DNA of 64,000 nucleotides from an uncultured Acidobacteriaceae bacterium (GCA_963724855.1 CAVRWH010000008.1:1360-65359); one strand, 5' to 3'; positions 1 through 9,740 are shown, numbered from the stretch's first letter. The notes: generated from the letters alone by a model not told the origin. Program-made: numbers and translations.

Positions 1-412
1 GCTGCGCTGGCTGGCAGTGCTCGACCTGCCGATGATGGTGGTGATTTTTTTCGCGGTAGCGCGGCGCAATCCCGTTACCGGCTGCGTCACGGGCGCGCGT
101 AATCGGCCTGTTACAGGATGCTCTGGGTGGGCCGATGCACCCGATCGGGATGTACGGCATCACCGACACCATCATTGGTTACGCGGCGTCGTCGCTGGGG
201 GTGAAGATCGACGTTGAGAAACCCGGGGACTCGCTTTCTGATCACCTATGGATTCCTCATCGTGCATGAGGCCGTGTACTACGGTGTGGGACGCGGTCTG
301 CTGAGGCAGTCGCTGCAATGGAGTTGGAGCCACGTGGCGATAGCCGGGCTGGCAAATGCGGTGGTAGGGGTCTTTGTATATCAGCATGCTGGACCGCTTC
401 AAGCAGCGGTAG
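1..412 (+). pseudogene. mreD: rod shape-determining protein MreD (5' partial, at least 3 apparent frameshifts)
   Basis: Reading across three frames reconstructs an MreD-like polytopic protein: LDLPMMVVIFFAVARRNPVTG / IGLLQDALGGPMHPIGMYGITDTIIGYAASSLGVKIDVE / NPGTRFLITYGFLIVHEAVYYG..LANAVVGVFV / YISMLDRFKQR*. Stop TAG is at 410-412. It lies directly upstream of mrdA-rodA. Frame changes are near 95-101, 219-221 (A run) and 373-377 (T run). Confidence 0.7.
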
Positions 413-630
413 GGCGCCCTTCGCGATTCGCTCTTCGTCGTCAGCGGGGATTCGGAATACAATAGATACAATGGTTTGTTTCGCTTAGCCAGCCGCGCTG
501 TGGTCGCGGGCCGCTCTTCCAGGTCAAGTTGGTGTAAGGTGCGTGCGCGCAGGCGTCCGCATGACAGAGCGAAGGTAGTTTCGTGATCGCGAAACTGCTG
601 ATGATTGTTGCGCCGTTTCGGTAGTTGCCC

Positions 631-2838
631 ATGTTTGGTCGCGAGGAAAAAGTATCTCCGTTCCGCCTCACCGCAGTGCAGTACGTACTGCTGGGGGTTT
701 TCCTTTTGCTGGCCTTCGGATTGTGGCGGCTGCAGGTAGCGCACAGCGATTACTACACATCACTCGCTGAACAGAACCGGGTCAAGCAAGTCCCAATCCT
801 CGCGCCGCGCGGCAAGCTACTGGACCGCGAAGGGCGCATCATCGTCGATAACTATCCGTCGTTTTCGGTGCTGCTGCTGCGCGATCAGAACCGCGATCTT
901 GACGCCGATGCCGACAAAATAGCCGATGGGCTGCACATTCCGCCTGAGGACCTGCGGGCGCGGCTGAACAAGATGAAGGCTGTGCCCGGCTACCAGCCGC
1001 TGTTTCTGAAAGACGACATCACGCCGGACGAGCTGGCGTTTATCGAGTCGCACCGGGCCGACCTGCCAGAGCTCGATATCATCACGGTACATCGCCGCCT
1101 GTATCCCAAGGGCGGATTCATGGCGCACGTGATCGGCTACGTGGGGCAGGTGAGTGAAGACATGCTGACGCAGCCGCAGTGGGAGCTCTACAACTCGGGC
1201 GACATTGTGGGCATGTCGGGCGTTGAGCAGTATTACAACGATGTCTTGATGGGGAAGAACGGCTCGCGGCAGGTGATCGTCAACAGCCGGGGCAAGGAAG
1301 TCGGCACGCTGCATGACGTTGCGGCGATGTGCCGGGCAAGCAGCTCAAGCTGACCATCGATCTCGACCTGCAGATCGCAGCCGAGCAGGCGCTGGAAGGC
1401 AAGCCGGGAGCGATCGTGGCGATGGACCCGCGGACGGGCGAGATTCTGGCCATGGTCAGCCGTCCGGCGTTTGATCCCAACGAATTTGCGGTGCACATCA
1501 ACACGTGACGAGTGGAACCAGCTCATCACCGATCCGGGCAAGCCGCTGCTGAACAAGGCCATTCAGGCGCAGTTGGCGCCGGGCTCGGTGTTCAAGATCA
1601 TCATGGCCACGGCGGGCATGCAGGAAGGCATCGCCGCAGAACCTGGTGGTGAATTGCGGCGGGGGGAAGACGTTTTACGGCCGGTTCTTTAAGTGCTGGA
1701 TCGCCGCCAACCACAGCTCGCACGGCAGTGTGAACATCAGCAAGGCGATTTACCAATCGTGCGATTCGTACTTTTACACGCTTGCGGAGAAAGCTAGGCA
1801 TCAGCCGCATTGCGAAGTATGCCACCATGCTGGGACTGGGGCAGAAGACGGGTGTCGATCTGCCACAGGAAGCTTCGGGCGTGATGCCGTCGGAAGAGTG
1901 GAAGATCAAGAACTACAAGCAAAAATGGTATGCCGGGGAGACGATTTCGGTGGGCATCGGGCAGGGCGCGGTGGCGACGACACCAATACAGTTGGCGCGC
2001 GCCATTGCGGCGATTACCACCGACGGCTCGCTGCGGCGTCCGCACATCGCGTTTCCCGAGCAGTTTCCGGCCGACTTCAAACAGGTGGCCCACTACAACG
2101 ACGAGACCAAGCTCGATATCGATGAGAAGAATTGGACCGTTATCACCGATGCGATGGCGGAGGTGGTTTCGCCGATGGGAACCGCGGGAAGGGCGGCGGT
2201 CCCGGGAGTGGACATTGCCGGCAAGACGGGCAGCGCGCAGACCGTCTCCAACGATTTAAAGAAGAAGATGGGCGCTGCCGAAAAGAGCCTGTACAAGGAC
2301 AACGGCTGGTTTGTGGGAGTTACGCCGCGGCGCAATCCTGAGATTGTGGTGGCCTGCCTTTTCGAAGGCGGCGAGCACGGCGCGCTGGCAGCGGCGGTGG
2401 CGACCAAGGTGATCAAGGCCTACGTGGAAAAGCAGCGCCATAAGGAGACGCAGGTGGCGAGGGCCGCGGAATCCAATAAGGCCGAAATCGCGGCAGTGTG
2501 GCACGACGGCGACGCGCAGGCTGGCGACAATAAGCTGCAGGGCGGTCACTTTGCGGTGACGCTCGACGGGAAGCCGAAGCCGGTACGCTTCGGCGCCGGG
2601 TGTCGCGCAAGGGGAGGCGTCATTGCCGCCTTCCACGCTGGAGGCGACAGAGTCGCATCTTGAGATGGCGCATCCGGAGAGCGAGACTTCGGCACAGGAC
2701 GAGCCCATGCAACCGGCATTACGTCAGAGTAGCCCGCAGGTGGGAGCGGTCCCGGGCCAGCCGGCGCCGAAGAAGCCAGCCGGCAACGGGCCGGTCGCGC
2801 CCACGGCGGCAGCGATTCTTCCCAGGACCGACCCATGA
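631..2838 (+). pseudogene. mrdA: penicillin-binding protein 2 (elongasome transpeptidase), at least 4-5 apparent frameshifts
   Basis: Four ORF pieces carry the PBP2 parts: N-terminal TM plus dimerisation domain (625-1353), SxxK box PGSVFK (1471-1692), SxD box SCDSYFY (1646-2125) and KTG box AGKTGSAQ (1782-2663). The pieces are contiguous but lie in frames 1/3/1/2/3, with indels near 1320-1330, 1495-1506, about 1640 and 1789-1791 (A run). A further shift near 2600-2625 would join the P/A/E-rich tail (ORF 2623-2838), whose stop overlaps the rodA ATG (ATGA at 2835-2838). Otherwise the gene ends at 2663. ATG 631 is preferred over TTG 625. Confidence 0.85.
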
Positions 2839-3920
2839 GCCGCTACGTTTCCTATCGCGATTTCGATTGGGTGTTGCTGGCGCTGGTGCTGCTGATCTGT
2901 GCGCTGGGCGTGGTTGAGATTTACAGTGCCACGCTCAACACCAAGTTCATGGGAGTTCACCTCAAGCAGATTTACTGGGTGCTAGGCGGCGTGGCCCTGA
3001 TGTTTGCCATGAGCATGGTGAGCTATCAGGCACTGATTGAGCGAGTGCCGGTGTTCTATGTGGCGGCTATCGCATCGCTGCTGACGGTAGCGGTTTTCGG
3101 ACAGAAGTACCTGGGAGCGCGGCGTTGGGTGAAGTTGGGTTCGTTCCACTTCCAGCCGTCGGAGTGGGTGAAGCTGGTGCTGATTCTGGCCATGGCCAAA
3201 TACTTCGCCGACAACAAGAGCGACTGTGACGCGCAGGACATCGTAAAGGCCGGGGCGTTGGTGGGCATTCCGATGCTGATGGTGCTGGCGCAGCCGGACT
3301 TGGGGACCGCCCTGACCTACCTACCGATTGCGATCATGGGACTGTTTCTGGGCGGCATGAAGGCGAAGCATGCGATGGTTATAATACTTATTGCGACATT
3401 GCTGGCGCCGGTGGGGTGGCACGTCCTCAAGCCCTACCAGCGCGACCGGCTGACGACGTTTATCGAGCCGGAAGCCGATCCCCAGCATAAGGGTTACCAA
3501 CTGATACAGTCATTAGTCGCAGTGGGTTCGGGAGGGATTTTCGGTAAGGGGACGGCACAGGGTAGCCAGACCCAGGGTCAATTTCTCCCCGTTCCGCATA
3601 CGGACTTCATTTTTGCCGCATTTGCCGAGGAACATGGATTCATCGGTGCTATGGGCCTTTTACTGCTATACTTTATCGTGCTGATGCGTCTGATTCAGAA
3701 CGCTCAGACGGCCCCTGACCGGGCCGGTGCCTTCGTTGTGATGGGTGTGGTCGCGGTTTTAGCGTTCCACATTCTAGTCAACGTGGGCATGGTGGTTGGA
3801 TTCATGCCGGTCACGGGAATCCCCTTGCCATTAATGAGTTACGGGGGATCGTCGGTATTGTTCATGTTTCTAGCGCTGGGAATTGTGATGAACGTCCGGA
3901 TGCGCCGGTTCGTGAACTAG
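2835..3920 (+). CDS. rodA: SEDS-family peptidoglycan glycosyltransferase RodA
   Basis: Intact 361-aa polytopic protein with FtsW/RodA/SpoVE signatures (QPSEWVKLVLILAMAKYF, PVPHTDFIFAAFAEEHGFIG, TGIPLPLMSYGGSS). It follows mrdA. Confidence 0.95.
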   Translation: MSRYVSYRDFDWVLLALVLLICALGVVEIYSATLNTKFMGVHLKQIYWVLGGVALMFAMSMVSYQALIERVPVFYVAAIASLLTVAVFGQKYLGARRWVKLGSFHFQPSEWVKLVLILAMAKYFADNKSDCDAQDIVKAGALVGIPMLMVLAQPDLGTALTYLPIAIMGLFLGGMKAKHAMVIILIATLLAPVGWHVLKPYQRDRLTTFIEPEADPQHKGYQLIQSLVAVGSGGIFGKGTAQGSQTQGQFLPVPHTDFIFAAFAEEHGFIGAMGLLLLYFIVLMRLIQNAQTAPDRAGAFVVMGVVAVLAFHILVNVGMVVGFMPVTGIPLPLMSYGGSSVLFMFLALGIVMNVRMRRFVN

Positions 3921-4348
3921 GCTAGTCAGTATCTGAGTTTTTGCCGGTTGGAACGGCCGTGCCAAAGCGGGTGCGGTGCCGGCAAACCCCGGGTTCACTC
4001 GCCGGGAAGGCACTCCAAATGGGAGACGGGCCTTCAAAGGGTGACAAAAAGATTACGAGCGCCCTCACGTACGAGGGCACGGGCTGGCCGCACGGGAAGT
4101 GGGCCGGACAGGATTGCAAAGCAGGCGAATGGATGGCGGGTAACGACCCCTTCCGCGGACGGAAGGTGTGGTCACAAACCTCCAGACGGCTGCCAATAAC
4201 GGTGCAGACGATTCCAAAACTGATAGTAATGAACATCTGGCTGGGAGCGAATCCGGGCGTGTGCCCGGGTGTGCTTTCGGCATGATGGCACCGTTGGTTC
4301 TTTCCTCGTCCTTCCTTTGATCGCGTGCTCCGGTCCAACGGAGTGTCC
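3921..4348 (+). promoter_or_regulatory. long structured non-coding leader upstream of the RNase E/G gene (candidate autoregulatory 5' UTR)
   Basis: A 428-nt gap with no credible ORF (the ORFs here are R/G/P-rich and mutually overlapping). It contains several perfect GC-rich hairpins: 3988-4006 (CCCGG/CCGGG), 4061-4078 (GCCCTC/GAGGGC), 4149-4166 (CCTTCCG/CGGAAGG) and 4253-4268 (CCGGGC/GCCCGG). The promoter is not located. Confidence 0.35.
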
Positions 4349-7153
4349 ATGAACAAAGAACTTTATGTCTCGTCCACCCCCCACGAAACCAAAGTGGCGC
4401 TGGTGGAAGACGATCAACTCGCAGAAGTGTTTTACGAGCGCGAGAACGAATACACGCTGGCAGGTTCCATCTACAAAGGCCGAGTGACCCGCGTACTACC
4501 GGGCATGCAGTCGGCGTTCGTCGATATCGGATTAGAACGCGACGCGTTCCTCTACGTTTCCGACTTCCTGGAACTGACTGATGAGGAGGACGCGGAGGAA
4601 TTCGGCGACATCCCAGCGCCTCCAACGGTGAATGTGAGCCGGCAGGGGCCGGGTACCGCCGAAGCCGCGCCGCAGACGGCAGAGGCTGGCACCGACGAAC
4701 AATCCGAATTCATTGCGGCGGTGGAGGACTTCGCCGCCGGCGATTCGCAAGATGAAGCGCAACCGAACGGCGATGCCGCTCCTGGAGAAGAGTCAGCCGA
4801 TGGCGCAGGGGCGCGACGCTGGCGTGGCCGTCGCCGCCGTGGCGGACGTCGCGGGGGACGGGACGAACGTCCACAGCGTACCGAAGCCCGCACCGAAGTT
4901 CCTGAGCCTGCTGCCGCCGAGCCCGCCGTCGTAGAGCCCGCGCCGGAAAGGCGTCCGCCACCCCAGCGTTACGCGCCCATCGTTATGCCGGGCGAGTCGA
5001 TCTCGAAGTACCGCAACCTGCCGCCAAGTCCACAACCAGCGGTGACGGCAGAGGAGGAAGTTGAAGAGACAACGGAGACTGCGGAGTTCGTTGCCTCCGC
5101 ACCCGTGGAAGACTTTCAGCCGCCTGCAGAGCCAGTCGCAGCACGAGAAGAGGAAGCTTACGAAGTTGTGGAGGAAGAAGTCGTCGCGGCTCCGGAAATG
5201 GAGGCGGAAGCGCCCTCTCCGTTACGTGAGGTCGCTGCGGAAACGCCTGAGGCGGTGCACGCGGCTGCCGCGACCGTCGCTGAGTCCCATGTTGTGCCGA
5301 TGGAGACGGTATTCCACGATTCAGCTGCTGAAGTCGAGGAAGAGACCAACCCTGTGGCTCCAGCCGGGTTCGACCGGGTGGAAGCCAGCGAGTTCGGCAG
5401 CATCGAGGTCGGCACCGAAGCGCCGTCGGCCGAACGCCAGGAAGGCGAGATCGACCACTCAGAAGGCGAGGGCGCGGAGCAGTTCAAGTCCGGGCCGCAT
5501 CAACTCACCGCGCCCGTGGAGGCTCCCGCGGGCCGCACGCTGGAGCACGAAACGCTGGACGACGATGAGATGGAATTCCATCCGATGCCGGAGAACCTGG
5601 AGGCGCTGAGCGAAGTGGCTGGGGATCTCGACATCGAGATGGAGGAACAAACGCTTGATGACGACAACGGCTACTCCGACCGATGGATTCCGAAAATTGC
5701 CGATGTCGATGAGGATGATGTGATTGCCGCCGAAGAGCGTGGCGAGACCCGCCTGGCCGGGGGCGACGCCGAGTTCGAAGAGGAAGAAGAAGGCGGAGAG
5801 GAAGGAAACGGCCGCGCCGAACTGCGGACCGCAGCGCCGACGGCTGGGTATCAGCAGCGTCAGCCGCGACGGGGTGGCGATTTCGATCGCCGCGGTCAGC
5901 GCAATTTCCGGGGACGCCGCAACAACGTTCGCGCGCAAGGACACCGGCCAGTGCCGCTGATTTCCGATCTGTTGAAGGAAGGCCAGGAGATCCTTATCCA
6001 GATCGCTAAAGAGCCGATCGCAATGAAGGGCGCACGGATTACCAGCCACATCGCGCTGCCGGGCCGGTTCCTGGTTTACATGCCGACAGTGAACCACACC
6101 GGAGTGTCGCGAAAGATCAACTCCGAGGAGGAACGCCAGCGGCTGAAGCGCATCGTCACCAGCGAGCGCGAGAACGGGCTGGGAGGGTTCATCGTACGCA
6201 CGGCGGCGGCCAACATCAAGGAAGACGAGTTGCGCGCCGACATTCGTTTCCTGAAGCACCTGTGGGCGGAGATCAAGAACCGTGCCGATAACAGCAAGTC
6301 ACCGGCGCTCATTTATCACGACTTGAACCTTGTGGAACGGGTACTGCGCGATCAGGTGAGTGCCGACTTTTCGCAAATCTGGGTGGACACCGAAGACGAG
6401 TACGAGCGGGTAGTGCGGTTCGCGCAGCGTTTCCAGCCGTCGCTGGTGCGCCGTATCAAGCTGTACTCCAAGTCCACGCCGCTTTACGAGCAATTCGGCA
6501 TTCAGGATGAAATCAATAATGCGTTGAAGTCGAAGGTATGGCTGAAGAGCGGCGGCTCGATCGTGATTAACCAGACCGAGGCGCTGGTGGCCATCGACAT
6601 CAACACCGGCAAGTACGTGGGCAAGACGCAACGTCTAGAAGACACCATCGTCAAGACCAACGTAGAAGCCGTGAAGGAGATCGTGCGGCAGATCCGCCTG
6701 CGAGACTTGGGCGGAATCATCGTGATCGATTTCATCGATATGGACGAGCGCAAGAACCGGCAGAAGGTGATGCAGGCGCTGGAAGAGGCGCTGCGCACCG
6801 ACCGGGCGCCGTCGAAGGCACTGCAGTTCAACGATTTCGGCCTGGTGGCGATTACGCGCAAGCGGGTGAAGCAGTCACTGGAGCGTAGCCTGGGCGTGGC
6901 ATGCCCGTATTGTACGGGCGCAGGCTTCGTGAAGTCGGTCACTACCGTGTGCAACGAGATCTACATCGAGATGCGCAAGATGATCAAGGCGCACGACCGC
7001 ACTGACGTTACTTTGCGCGTCAACCCCGAGGTCGCCAAAGCGCTCAAGGCGGGCAACGGCAAGTTGATCACGGAAATTGAAGAACTGATAGGCAAGACAG
7101 TGCTGGTGAAGAGCGATGCAACGCTGCATCAGGAGAACTTCGACATTCAGTAG
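4349..7153 (+). CDS. rne: Rne/Rng-family endoribonuclease (RNase E/G) with a roughly 460-aa disordered insertion inside the S1 domain
   Basis: The S1 N-terminal half is GSIYKGRVTRVLPGMQSAFVDIGLERDAFLYVSDF. The S1 C-terminal half plus catalytic core resume at LISDLLKEGQEILIQIAKEPIAMKGARITSHIALPGRFLVYMP ... VAIDINTGKYVG ... LGGIIVIDFIDM ... CPYCTGAGFV. ATG 4349 (MNKELYV) follows ACGGAG; the ORF itself opens at 4325. Confidence 0.9.
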   Translation: MNKELYVSSTPHETKVALVEDDQLAEVFYERENEYTLAGSIYKGRVTRVLPGMQSAFVDIGLERDAFLYVSDFLELTDEEDAEEFGDIPAPPTVNVSRQGPGTAEAAPQTAEAGTDEQSEFIAAVEDFAAGDSQDEAQPNGDAAPGEESADGAGARRWRGRRRRGGRRGGRDERPQRTEARTEVPEPAAAEPAVVEPAPERRPPPQRYAPIVMPGESISKYRNLPPSPQPAVTAEEEVEETTETAEFVASAPVEDFQPPAEPVAAREEEAYEVVEEEVVAAPEMEAEAPSPLREVAAETPEAVHAAAATVAESHVVPMETVFHDSAAEVEEETNPVAPAGFDRVEASEFGSIEVGTEAPSAERQEGEIDHSEGEGAEQFKSGPHQLTAPVEAPAGRTLEHETLDDDEMEFHPMPENLEALSEVAGDLDIEMEEQTLDDDNGYSDRWIPKIADVDEDDVIAAEERGETRLAGGDAEFEEEEEGGEEGNGRAELRTAAPTAGYQQRQPRRGGDFDRRGQRNFRGRRNNVRAQGHRPVPLISDLLKEGQEILIQIAKEPIAMKGARITSHIALPGRFLVYMPTVNHTGVSRKINSEEERQRLKRIVTSERENGLGGFIVRTAAANIKEDELRADIRFLKHLWAEIKNRADNSKSPALIYHDLNLVERVLRDQVSADFSQIWVDTEDEYERVVRFAQRFQPSLVRRIKLYSKSTPLYEQFGIQDEINNALKSKVWLKSGGSIVINQTEALVAIDINTGKYVGKTQRLEDTIVKTNVEAVKEIVRQIRLRDLGGIIVIDFIDMDERKNRQKVMQALEEALRTDRAPSKALQFNDFGLVAITRKRVKQSLERSLGVACPYCTGAGFVKSVTTVCNEIYIEMRKMIKAHDRTDVTLRVNPEVAKALKAGNGKLITEIEELIGKTVLVKSDATLHQENFDIQ

Positions 7154-7173
7154 AGTGCCGATTGAAGCTGCAC

Positions 7174-7200
7174 AAAGCCGGGCCATGCGCCCGGCTTTTC
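7174..7200. terminator. bidirectional intrinsic terminator between convergent rne and the histidine kinase gene
   Basis: Perfect 10-bp stem AAAGCCGGGC (7174-7183) / GCCCGGCTTT (7189-7198) with loop CATGC. It is flanked by A-rich sequence on the 5' side and T-rich sequence on the 3' side, in the 53-bp gap between two stop codons. Confidence 0.75.
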
Positions 7201-7206
7201 CTGGTC

Positions 7207-9006
7207 TCAGGAATGGTTGGGTTTGGGCAGGTCGAGCTTGCCGGTAACCTGTGCGAAGGGCAGAAACACGGAAAACGCCGTGCCGGTCCGGCCCGGTCGC
7301 ACGCTGCTAACGAAGTGGATTGTCCCTTCGTGCTTTTCGATGATGCCGCGGGTCACCCACAGGCCGAGTCCGGTACCGCCTTCACCTTTGGTGGTATAGA
7401 AAGGCGCGAACAGGTAGCGGCGAACTTCGGGCGGAATGCCGGTGCCATTGTCGAGCACGGTGACGCGGACTCCGCACCGCGTCTGATCGGACGAGAGGCT
7501 GGACTCATAGACGTGCAGCAGTAGTTGGCCTCCGTTTGCCATGCTGTGGATGGCGTTCGACACGAGGTTGGCAAAGACCTGGCGCAACTCTCCGGGGAAG
7601 CCCCGGACCGCGCGATGAGTTTCAAAGCGCTTGGTAACGCGGATGCCGGCCATCTGGATTTGCGGTGAGTACAAGGTCAGCACGCTGTCGAGAACTTTGA
7701 CCATGTCGACCTGGACCGGCGACTGGGCCTCACGGTGAAACGTCAGGAGCTGGCCGGTGATCTGGGTGATGCGCGCTAGTTCTTCGCTGGCCAGATTGAG
7801 GTATTGCGTAGTCTCGGGCTGGGGATAGGTCTTTTGCCGCAGCAGATAAAGCAGGTTGGAGACGGTGTCGAGCGGGTTACGGATTTCATGGGCGATGGTG
7901 GCGGCCAATCGTCCTGCCTGGGTGAGGCGGTCGCTGGCGCGCAGGGTCTGCTCGGTTTGACGGCGCTGCGTGACATCGCGGAATACGACCACCACGCCAG
8001 TGAGCTGTCCCGCTTCGTCGATAATGGGAGCGCCGTGCATCTCAATGGGGAATTCATGGCCTGAACGGTTAACGAGCAGGACAGAATCGGAGATGCTGAC
8101 TACCCGTTCATGCCGGCGCACCATCTCGACCGGATCGGTGAAGGCATTGCCAGTTTTTTCCTCGATGAAGCGCGCGACTTCGCGCAAAGGGCGTCCGCGG
8201 GCCTCGAGGTAATCCGACCAGCCGGTGAGCTGCTGGGCGACCGGGTTGATGTAGCGAACGCTGCCGTCAGCGTCGGTGGCAATTACCGCGTCCCCCAGGC
8301 TGTTAAGGGTAATCTGGAAACGTTCGCGGCTTTCGGCGAGTTGCCGGCTTTTTTCCTCTTCCGCGTTCAAATGCTTCTCATAGATGGAGGACAGCGTACG
8401 CAACTCGCGGCGGGTGAAGGTAAACAGCAACCCGGCAACGATAATGGAGAGTCCGACCGCCGTGAACAGCGTCACATGACTGAGGTTTGTAGCTTTGTGG
8501 GTGCGTTGCTCGAGTAGGCGTTCTTCTTCGGCGACGATCTCTCGTTGGCGGACTCGAATTTCATCCATCAGGACGTCGCCTTGCATCAGTTCGGCTTCCG
8601 TCGGCCGCTTGTTGGCGTGGGTTGCGATCTCGCGTTCGGCCCAATGAATCCAGTTGTCATCCAAACGGCGAATTTCAGTAAGGCGGGACTGCTGCGGGCC
8701 GCTATCGCCGGTCAAGTTTGTCAGGGTTTGGAGGCTGGTGGGCAAGTGCGATTCGGCGTTTCGGAAAATGTTGAGGAACTTCTGGTCTCCGGTAAGTTCG
8801 AATCCGCGGGTACTGGATTCCATGTCAACCATGTAGCGCATGGCCTGGCGCGCGTTGGCAATCACCTGGTCGGTGTGATCAACCATGCGTAACGACTGCG
8901 TCAGGGTGAGGATCTCGATGGCCAGGATGATCGCGAGCACTCCAAGCAAGGCCACGGGAATGGCCACAGTGCGCCGGAGCAGTCGTTGGAAGTTGCGTTC
9001 ATCCAT
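7207..9006 (-). CDS. sensor histidine kinase (TM-CHASE3-TM, PAS, HisKA, HATPase_c)
   Basis: CHASE3-like periplasmic region (MESSTRGFELTGDQKFLNIFRNAESHL). PAS (LNSLGDAVIATDADGSVRYINPVAQQLTGW). H-box LAATIAHEIRNPL. ATPase G-boxes (DNGTGIP, GGTGLGL). ATG 9006 (MDERNF) is preferred over the ORF start at 9057. Confidence 0.9.
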   Translation of the reverse strand: MDERNFQRLLRRTVAIPVALLGVLAIILAIEILTLTQSLRMVDHTDQVIANARQAMRYMVDMESSTRGFELTGDQKFLNIFRNAESHLPTSLQTLTNLTGDSGPQQSRLTEIRRLDDNWIHWAEREIATHANKRPTEAELMQGDVLMDEIRVRQREIVAEEERLLEQRTHKATNLSHVTLFTAVGLSIIVAGLLFTFTRRELRTLSSIYEKHLNAEEEKSRQLAESRERFQITLNSLGDAVIATDADGSVRYINPVAQQLTGWSDYLEARGRPLREVARFIEEKTGNAFTDPVEMVRRHERVVSISDSVLLVNRSGHEFPIEMHGAPIIDEAGQLTGVVVVFRDVTQRRQTEQTLRASDRLTQAGRLAATIAHEIRNPLDTVSNLLYLLRQKTYPQPETTQYLNLASEELARITQITGQLLTFHREAQSPVQVDMVKVLDSVLTLYSPQIQMAGIRVTKRFETHRAVRGFPGELRQVFANLVSNAIHSMANGGQLLLHVYESSLSSDQTRCGVRVTVLDNGTGIPPEVRRYLFAPFYTTKGEGGTGLGLWVTRGIIEKHEGTIHFVSSVRPGRTGTAFSVFLPFAQVTGKLDLPKPNHS

Positions 9007-9084
9007 GAGGTGCGGCCCTCCGGCTCGGGCCGGGCGGGCACCCCGATGATATCGCAATCCTGAGTCGGACTTGCGAGGGCGGAA

Positions 9085-9729
9085 TCAATCGGCGGGTACA
9101 GTCTTTGGATCGGCGGGATGCGCCGGGCGGGGCAGCTGCGTGCGGGCTGGAACTTGCTGCAATGCCCAAACAATCAGCCTGTACAACAAGAGAATGGCGA
9201 GGACACCGGCGTAAATGAGAGGCTTGCGCCGGTCCAGTTTTACCAGCCATAGAAAGTGAATGACACCAGCAATTGCAACCGCGTAAATCAGCCGGTGTAG
9301 CGACTGCCACTTCTTGCCCAGCCGACGAATGGCCCATTGGGTCGAGGTCAGCGCCAGCGGAATCATCAGCACAAACGCAGTGAAGCCAACGGTGATGAAC
9401 GGGCGCTTGACCACGTCTTTCGTCATGCTGTGCCAGTCGAAGAACTGATCGAGCCAGATGTAGGTGGTGAAGTGCAGCAGCCCGTAGAAGAAGGCGAAGA
9501 GTCCTAGCATGCGGCGAAACTGGATCAGCCAATACTGCCGCGTAAGCTTGCGCAGGGGCGTGATCGAGAGCGTGACCATCAGGAACACCAGGGTCCAGGT
9601 GCCGGTGGACCAGGTGATGACCTGAATTGGGTTGGCCCCGAGCGCGGAGTGGTAGGCCTTCCACGCCAGCCGCCCAAGAGGCACGAGGCAGGCGAGAAAC
9701 ACAAGCGGTTTGAGGTATTTCGTTTTCAC
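9085..9729 (-). CDS. msrQ: protein-methionine-sulfoxide reductase haem-binding membrane subunit MsrQ (YedZ family)
   Basis: 214-aa, 6-TM ferric-reductase-like protein with conserved His in the TM helices (GLLHFTTY, AGVIHFLW). It lies 11 bp downstream of msrP. Confidence 0.85.
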   Translation of the reverse strand: MKTKYLKPLVFLACLVPLGRLAWKAYHSALGANPIQVITWSTGTWTLVFLMVTLSITPLRKLTRQYWLIQFRRMLGLFAFFYGLLHFTTYIWLDQFFDWHSMTKDVVKRPFITVGFTAFVLMIPLALTSTQWAIRRLGKKWQSLHRLIYAVAIAGVIHFLWLVKLDRRKPLIYAGVLAILLLYRLIVWALQQVPARTQLPRPAHPADPKTVPAD

Positions 9730-9740
9730 GTTGGAGTCGA

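Noticed and set aside
2623-2838. A 71-aa ORF between mrdA and rodA, considered as an independent small gene.
   Set aside because: It has no RBS or start context, and its P/A/E/S-rich composition is typical of a disordered tail. Its stop overlaps the rodA ATG (ATGA). It is better explained as the frameshifted C-terminal tail of PBP2.
3960-4120. Possible tRNA, RNase P, SRP or tmRNA gene, prompted by a GGTTCA-containing hairpin at 3988-4006 and a generally structured appearance.
   Set aside because: The hairpin loop is 9 nt rather than the 7-nt T-loop, and no acceptor or anticodon arms can be drawn. I could not find the conserved RNase P (GAGGAAAGUCC), SRP (GGAAGCAGCC-type) or tmRNA termini.
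3941-4285. ORFs of 83-186 aa on both strands within the rodA-rne gap.
   Set aside because: They overlap one another, are R/G/P/W-rich and show no family resemblance. The region is better described as a structured leader.
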